From Candidatus Xenobia bacterium (GTDB lineage Bacteria > Vulcanimicrobiota > Xenobia > Xenobiales > QWHO01): DNA of 30,374 bases. The stretch spans positions 1-30,374 of the forward strand of contig BTUM01000089.1 of the NCBI GenBank assembly GCA_045863235.1, read 5' to 3'. Position numbers and translations under genes: made by a program. Positions 25,682-30,374 of the stretch are shown here, piece after piece. Positions within the stretch are counted from its first letter, which is position 1. Each line of letters begins with the position of its first letter. Under the pieces are notes generated by a model, which saw only the letters and a list, made by a program, of their open reading frames with translations, was not told the origin of the DNA and ran no database searches.

Positions 25682-26457
25682 GGTGCAGCCGATTTCACCG
25701 TGAGCGGGGCTCGCTCTTGCCGGGTTCCGCGCCGGAGTGCCGACGCTGGTTGGTCATCTCGCATCCGCGTCCCTGGCCGGCCAAGATCGAGAAGCTCGCT
25801 CAGGTATCGACGCTGGGGCCGGAAATCAAGCGACTGGGCGCCAAGCTGCTTTTCGCGCACACTCGCGAGCAGGGGGCCCGGGCTATCGAATGGCGCGAGG
25901 GCGCCGTGCGGGGTGGACGATTCGCGACCGCCGAGGAGGCGCTCTTGTTCCTGGAGGGCTCCGCGCCCGGTCGCCAGGAGGAGCTTTTCCTGGTCTGCAC
26001 CCACGGCAGCCGGGATGCCTGTTGCGGCCAGCTCGGCCCCCCGGTGGCCCGGGCGCTGGAGATGCTCGGTGCCCCGGTGCTCGAGTGCAGTCACCCCGGA
26101 GGGCACCGCTTTGCGCCCACCACGCTGACCTTTCCCGAGTTCGGCTGTTATGGCAACCTGATTCCCGATGACGTTCCGGCCTTCCTCGAGCGCCAGCGCG
26201 AGGGGATGTTCCAGCCCGCCCATTACCGGGGCGCGTTGTACCTCGACAAGCTCTGTCAGGTGGCCGAAGCGGCCGTCTGGCAGGAAACCGGCTCCCGTCC
26301 CCGCGTGTCGGGTCGCGCTGGTCTGCGGGTCGAGCTCGAAGGCGTGATCGTCCAGCTTGATCCGATCGAATTCCAGGGCATTCCCAGCTGCGGAGACGAG
26401 CCCGAAACGATGGTCGAGCACCGCGTGGCGGGCATCTTCCCCGGCGTGCTACAATGA
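25678..26457 (+). CDS. Sucrase/ferredoxin-like (Apd1/Aim32-type) thioredoxin-like [2Fe-2S] ferredoxin
   Basis: GSA.....WL.I.HP.PW, LVCTHGSRDACC (C-X8-C), ECSHPGGHRFAPT (H-X-G-G-H), YRG. GTG 25678 overlaps the ccsA stop (GTGA). Confidence 0.88.
   Translation: MRCSRFHRERGSLLPGSAPECRRWLVISHPRPWPAKIEKLAQVSTLGPEIKRLGAKLLFAHTREQGARAIEWREGAVRGGRFATAEEALLFLEGSAPGRQEELFLVCTHGSRDACCGQLGPPVARALEMLGAPVLECSHPGGHRFAPTTLTFPEFGCYGNLIPDDVPAFLERQREGMFQPAHYRGALYLDKLCQVAEAAVWQETGSRPRVSGRAGLRVELEGVIVQLDPIEFQGIPSCGDEPETMVEHRVAGIFPGVLQ
26447..26455 (+). promoter_or_regulatory. Extended -10 TGCTACAAT, leaderless promoter
   Basis: TACAAT ends 6 nt before ATG 26462; no RBS. Confidence 0.6.
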
Positions 26458-26461
26458 CGCC

Positions 26462-27277
26462 ATGAACAACGTCGGCGGCAACTTCGGTCCCCAACCGCAC
26501 CAGTTCTTGAACAACGCCCAGCAGGTGGGCATGGGGGCCTTCGTCAACACCAAAGCCCTCAAGGCTCCCAGCCAGGAGAACGAGGCTGCCGCCTTACGCC
26601 ACAACGAGTCGGCTCAGCTGTCCATGGCCGCCCAGGAGCAGATGGAGCAGCAGCAGGAGGCTCAACAGCACGCCGAGCAGCAGCACGAGAAGAAGGCCGA
26701 CGACAAGCTGCAGAACGCCCGCCAGTCGGGGGCCGGGGCCGGGCACATCGAGGACCCTCAGCTGGCCAGGCTCAAGAAGGGCAAGGGGAAGAAGCCCAAG
26801 TTCAATCCCAACCCGGCCATCTCCACCCAGCCCAAGATCGACGACGCCACCATGCACCGGCTGGCCAAGGAGCTCAACGAGTCCGACGCCGAGGCCATCG
26901 ACGAGGTCGAGGAAGAGAACGAGATCGAGGATCTCGATGCCCGCACTCCCGAGGAGATCCTCGAGGGCGTCCCGCCCCACGCGGCCGCGGCCGCCAGCCG
27001 CATGGTGGAGAGCCAGCCGGTCAAGAAGATGGCTGACCTCAAGCAGATTCCCCAGGAGGCGGCCCGCGAGCTGGGCAGTCCGGAGCTTCGTCCGGTGGAG
27101 CTCTTGTCGGTGGAGCTCGAGCCGGCCCTGCTGTCGGAAGGCGAATGGCTCCCCCTGGAGCCGAGCCCGGACGAGCTTGCCTTCATGGAGCAACAGGTGG
27201 CCGAGCAGGCGATGGCCGGCAAGCTGGCCGGCGAGGATCAGATGCTGATGTCGGATCAGCAGCCGCCCATCAGCTGA
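26462..27277 (+). CDS. Acidic Gln/Glu-rich hypothetical protein (271 aa), paralog of the downstream gene's N-terminal half
   Basis: GC3-rich codon usage. Shares GGNF, ESAQLS, NARQSGA, R.PEE.L..VP.H, KQIP.E, PEL.PV and ME..VAE.AMA with 27412..29208. Confidence 0.8.
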   Translation: MNNVGGNFGPQPHQFLNNAQQVGMGAFVNTKALKAPSQENEAAALRHNESAQLSMAAQEQMEQQQEAQQHAEQQHEKKADDKLQNARQSGAGAGHIEDPQLARLKKGKGKKPKFNPNPAISTQPKIDDATMHRLAKELNESDAEAIDEVEEENEIEDLDARTPEEILEGVPPHAAAAASRMVESQPVKKMADLKQIPQEAARELGSPELRPVELLSVELEPALLSEGEWLPLEPSPDELAFMEQQVAEQAMAGKLAGEDQMLMSDQQPPIS

Positions 27278-27411
27278 TGTGCTCGCACTTTGGTCTTGCA
27301 CGTTAGCAGAATCTAACGAACACGCCGGCGCGCTGCAGCAGGTTCTTTCGGCCCGAGCGTTGAAGTTGTGGGCCAGCATTTTCCTCGCAATCCGCAGTCG
27401 GAGGGGTCCTT

Positions 27412-29208
27412 ATGGCATCGGCCGGTTCTATCAGCGCAGGCGGGAACTTCGTCCCCCCGCAGAGCGCGTTCGTCAGCAACGCCGCCCAGGCCGGCGGTCT
27501 GTCAGCCGCGATGAAAGGCCTGCAGCGGACCGCTGAAGACGACCAGGAGAAGCTCCACCACCAGGAATCGGCCCAGCTCTCGCGCCTGGCCCAGCAAGCC
27601 ATCGATCAGTCGCAGCAGCAGCAACAGGGCAAGGCGGCCGAAAACGCGCGCCAGTCCGGGGCCGACGCCGACCTCTTCGACGACCTGACCCACGACCCCG
27701 GGGAAGATACCGAGACGAAAGACCGCAACCGTCGCATGGGAGTGGGCCAGACCCAGGACGAGCGCGCCCTGGCGGCCGGCGCCAAGACCGGTGCCGCCCA
27801 GGGGAACGGCGCCCCCGGCAGCCATCACGACGAGGCGGGAGTCGAGCTGAGCGAGATCGGGCGCAGCCCCGAAGAAGTGCTCAGCGACGTGCCCGCTCAC
27901 TCGAAAGCCTTCGCACAGGGCAGCGTGGAAGCCCAACTCGCCACTCCCGCCCAGGTCGAAAAACTGACCGAGATCAAGCAGATCCCCGAAGAGAAGCGGA
28001 TTGAGGCGGATACGCCGGAACTGCAGCCGGTGGGCGCTCTGGGTCCCATCCTGGGCGACAAGGACACGGGCGAGATCTCCCACCCCAGCCCCCAGACCGA
28101 GGGTCGAGCCCCCACCAGCGTGGCGGAAGACTACCATCCCGACGCCATGAAGGCCATGGAGGCCAACGTGGCTGAGACCGCGATGGCTCAGCAGAACGCC
28201 GGTCAGATCGAGATGCACATCGCCGGCCAGAACGGCTCGGCGGGCTGGGTGCCCAAAGATGACATCGGCGTGGGAACCGAGACGAAGTCCGAGCCGCCGG
28301 TGGCGCGGGCTCGCCAGGAGCTGCTCAACTCCACGGCCGCCCTGTCGGAGTACGGCTGGGACGGCAACTTCCAGGACATGTTGCGCAATGCCAATGGCAA
28401 CGAGTTCGGAGCGGCCCACCAGGCCCGCTCCACCATGCACAGCTTCCTGGTGCAGGATCCGCAGCTCTCGCAGATCTGGAAAGAGTGCTCGGCCGACCCC
28501 AAGACCGACGGCGTGAAAGCTTTCTGTGACCGCAGCCGGGCTTACATGGACGAGTCGGGCGGCAAGTACGATGCCCGCGACCTGGATGCGGCCCGCAAGA
28601 TGGTCAACTGCATGGAGGCCAGCCACAACTACCTGCTGGCCGGCGAGGGGAAGGATCCCTATGCAGCGGGCGGCGTGAGCGCCGTCAAGACACCAGCCTC
28701 GCCCGAGCGGATGGAGCAGCTGGAAGGCAAGCTGTTCGAGCAGGTTCAGGGCATGCCAGCCTCGTTCCAGAGCGAGTTCAAGGGCGAGATGGGCAAGCTG
28801 GGCGACAAGTTCACCCCCGAGAACGCCACCGTCGCGGTGGGCAGCGTGTCGGCCGGCGTGGCCGCGCGCCAGCTCAACGGCTTCGACACCGCCTCGCTGT
28901 ATGGCCCTCCTGGCCAGAGCGAGGAGGAGACCAAAGCCGCCCAGCTGCGCGCCCAGGCCAAGCGCAACGAATGGCTCGAGCAGGGTGTGCAGGGCGACCT
29001 GACCGACGCTCTGGTCTTCGAGCAGAACAACTGGGCGGCCCAGCGCCTGCAGCAGCAACCTTCTCCGGAACTGGCCGCCTACAAGGCCAGGTCGGACGAG
29101 TACATCGGGCTGCAGACGGTCATGCGACAGGGGCAGGGGCTTTCTTCTGGCGACCCGGACGTCTTCGACAAGTCAGCCTACGCCCAGCGCCAGGCCGGCA
29201 AAGCATAG
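27412..29208 (+). CDS. Hypothetical protein (598 aa): paralogous N-terminal region plus helical C-terminal domain
   Basis: RBS GGAGG upstream, long ORF with typical codon bias, followed by a terminator. Confidence 0.85.
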   Translation: MASAGSISAGGNFVPPQSAFVSNAAQAGGLSAAMKGLQRTAEDDQEKLHHQESAQLSRLAQQAIDQSQQQQQGKAAENARQSGADADLFDDLTHDPGEDTETKDRNRRMGVGQTQDERALAAGAKTGAAQGNGAPGSHHDEAGVELSEIGRSPEEVLSDVPAHSKAFAQGSVEAQLATPAQVEKLTEIKQIPEEKRIEADTPELQPVGALGPILGDKDTGEISHPSPQTEGRAPTSVAEDYHPDAMKAMEANVAETAMAQQNAGQIEMHIAGQNGSAGWVPKDDIGVGTETKSEPPVARARQELLNSTAALSEYGWDGNFQDMLRNANGNEFGAAHQARSTMHSFLVQDPQLSQIWKECSADPKTDGVKAFCDRSRAYMDESGGKYDARDLDAARKMVNCMEASHNYLLAGEGKDPYAAGGVSAVKTPASPERMEQLEGKLFEQVQGMPASFQSEFKGEMGKLGDKFTPENATVAVGSVSAGVAARQLNGFDTASLYGPPGQSEEETKAAQLRAQAKRNEWLEQGVQGDLTDALVFEQNNWAAQRLQQQPSPELAAYKARSDEYIGLQTVMRQGQGLSSGDPDVFDKSAYAQRQAGKA

Positions 29209-29229
29209 CTGCCCTGGTCGGCTCGCAAG

Positions 29230-29259
29230 GCCCCGTCGGCTAACCGGCGGGGCTTTGTT
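29230..29259 (+). terminator. Intrinsic terminator
   Basis: Stem gccccgtcgg / loop ctaa / ccggcggggc (10 bp, one G-U) followed by TTTGTT, 22 nt after the stop at 29208. Confidence 0.75.
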
Positions 29260-29299
29260 CGTTTGCGGGCGCGATTGGGCTCCCTGAGGCAGCGAAAGT

Positions 29300-29353
29300 G
29301 CGCCTCGTGAGGCGCGGTCCGGGTGCCTCACGGCTCGAGGCGCGGTCCGGGTG
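29300..29353. repeat. REP-like palindrome with a 17-bp direct repeat between convergent genes
   Basis: GAGGCGCGGTCCGGGTG at 29309-29325 and 29337-29353; hairpin cgtgaggcgc/gtgcctcacg at 29306-29332. Confidence 0.6.
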
Positions 29354-29354
29354 G

Positions 29355-30176
29355 TTAACCGAAGAAGCCGCCCCCGAATCCCCCGCCCCCCATCATCTGG
29401 GCGTTCGGGTCGGCCACGAACCAGATGGCCTGTTCGAGGTGATAAGGTCCGATGTCGCGCGAGACGCGGGTCTGGCCGTCGGCCGACTGGGTCACGCGCC
29501 CGCTCTCTGGCAGGGTGCCGATCTGGCCCTGAATGACCTGGCTGCCATCCTGGGCCGGCCGCAGCACGCGCTGAAAGGGCACGCCGCCGATCTGTCCGTT
29601 GTGCATCTTGACCTGGCCCCAGCCACCCTGCGGGTCGCGCACGTCCTGACTCTGCTCCAAAATCTGCCAGCCGTCCACGTGTCCCTGAACCTGCAGCCCG
29701 CCGTTCTGACCGCCGGCCACGACGAGTTGCTCGTTGGCGCCCTGGTAGCGACCCGGGGCGACCTGACCGGTGATCTGGGTGCCTCCCTGCATCAACTGGG
29801 TGCTGGCCTGCTCCACAAGCTGCATCACGGGCTGGTTGGGCGGGCCCATGGTGGCGTGGGTCTGCGAGCCCATGCCGTCAGGATTCATGCGAGCCTGGCC
29901 GGCAATCTCTTGCTGCCATCCGGGCCGGTCAGCGCGGGTGATCACCGTGCGGAAGTGGGCCACGGTGCCCGCGCCCATGTTGGGGGCGGCCGCCTCCATG
30001 CCCACCAGGTCGACGTTGGGATGCAGGGCCAGTTCGACAGCATTGTTCAGCCCGTCGGAAAAGTCGATCTCGGGCACGTCCACGGCGGCTGGTTGCTGCT
30101 GGGCGGGCTGGTGGGGGCGCTGAGGGGTGGGGGCGGGTCCGAAGTTGCCCCACTGCATGCCTGGAAAGCCGTTCAT
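29355..30176 (-). CDS. Gln/Gly-rich, beta-strand-rich hypothetical protein
   Basis: 273 aa ORF with recurring (I/V).GQ(I/V)G..(F/W)...(V/L) hairpin-like segments. TGGTAGGCT lies 7 nt upstream of the ATG (leaderless). Confidence 0.8.
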   Translation of the reverse strand: MNGFPGMQWGNFGPAPTPQRPHQPAQQQPAAVDVPEIDFSDGLNNAVELALHPNVDLVGMEAAAPNMGAGTVAHFRTVITRADRPGWQQEIAGQARMNPDGMGSQTHATMGPPNQPVMQLVEQASTQLMQGGTQITGQVAPGRYQGANEQLVVAGGQNGGLQVQGHVDGWQILEQSQDVRDPQGGWGQVKMHNGQIGGVPFQRVLRPAQDGSQVIQGQIGTLPESGRVTQSADGQTRVSRDIGPYHLEQAIWFVADPNAQMMGGGGFGGGFFG

Positions 30177-30183
30177 AGCCCTG

Positions 30184-30192
30184 AGCCTACCA
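30184..30192 (-). promoter_or_regulatory. Extended -10 TGGTAGGCT, leaderless promoter
   Basis: TAGGCT ends 7 nt before ATG 30176; no RBS. Confidence 0.5.
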
Positions 30193-30267
30193 CGCGAGGC
30201 TGAAAGTGGGCTGAAACCGGCGCGCCCATCTCAGGACAGCGCCCCATTCAGGACGGTCCGCGAGAGG

Positions 30268-30374
30268 CTAAGCGGGCGGCTCGCTCGGGGGCGGGGGCTC
30301 GGGGAGCGGCGGCGGGGGTGGGGGGGCGTGCTCGAACCAGAGCAGGCCATAGATCTGGTAAGGCCCGATCTCGC
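30268..30374 (-). CDS. Partial CDS (C-terminal 34 aa), probable paralog of 29355..30176
   Basis: Manual translation EIGPYQIYGLLWFEHAPPPPPPLPEPPPPSEPPA* (TAG at 30268-30270) aligns with DIGPYHLEQAIWFVADP near the end of the downstream protein. Confidence 0.65.
   Translation of the reverse strand, partial: EIGPYQIYGLLWFEHAPPPPPPLPEPPPPSEPPA

Noticed and set aside
6465..29058. Long opposite-strand ORFs (e.g. 6465..8243+, 11726..14023+, 22230..23870-, 24005..25540-, 27502..29058-)
   Set aside because: Antisense shadows of well-supported genes, expected in high-GC DNA; no motifs recognised.

Overview
High-GC (about 68% by eye) bacterial chromosomal segment with about 25 protein genes and no rRNA, tRNA, transposase, integrase or Cas gene that I can recognise. 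The style of the lineage-specific proteins suggests Candidatus Eremiobacterota/Vulcanimicrobiota, but this is inference only. From left to right: (1) a minus-strand repeat protein running off the left edge and missed by the ORF track; (2) a 1.2 kb divergent intergenic region holding a ~715 bp array of palindromic ~63 bp units; (3) a Big_2 Ig-repeat lipoprotein, a YbjN-like exported protein, a coiled-coil/PilT-like ATPase, an aldehyde dehydrogenase, a small hypothetical protein, a degenerate GHKL-like protein and an MFS transporter; (4) a chimeric protein in which a VIT-vWA module sits inside a catalytically eroded PilB/GspE scaffold, with a structured 5' region; (5) a degenerate YkvA-like gene, two sensorless hybrid histidine kinases and a NarL-type regulator; (6) glycine-zipper and beta-rich hypothetical proteins, an XRE plus pentapeptide-repeat pair and dusB; (7) a translationally coupled operon of MBL hydrolase, ccsB, ccsA and a sucrase-type ferredoxin; (8) two pairs of tandem paralogous orphan proteins. 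The best novelty candidates are the PilB::VIT-vWA chimera with its nearby atypical PilT, the 63-bp palindromic array, and a recurrent FlgM-like N-terminal motif in orphan proteins. All family calls come from motif recognition by eye, not database searches.
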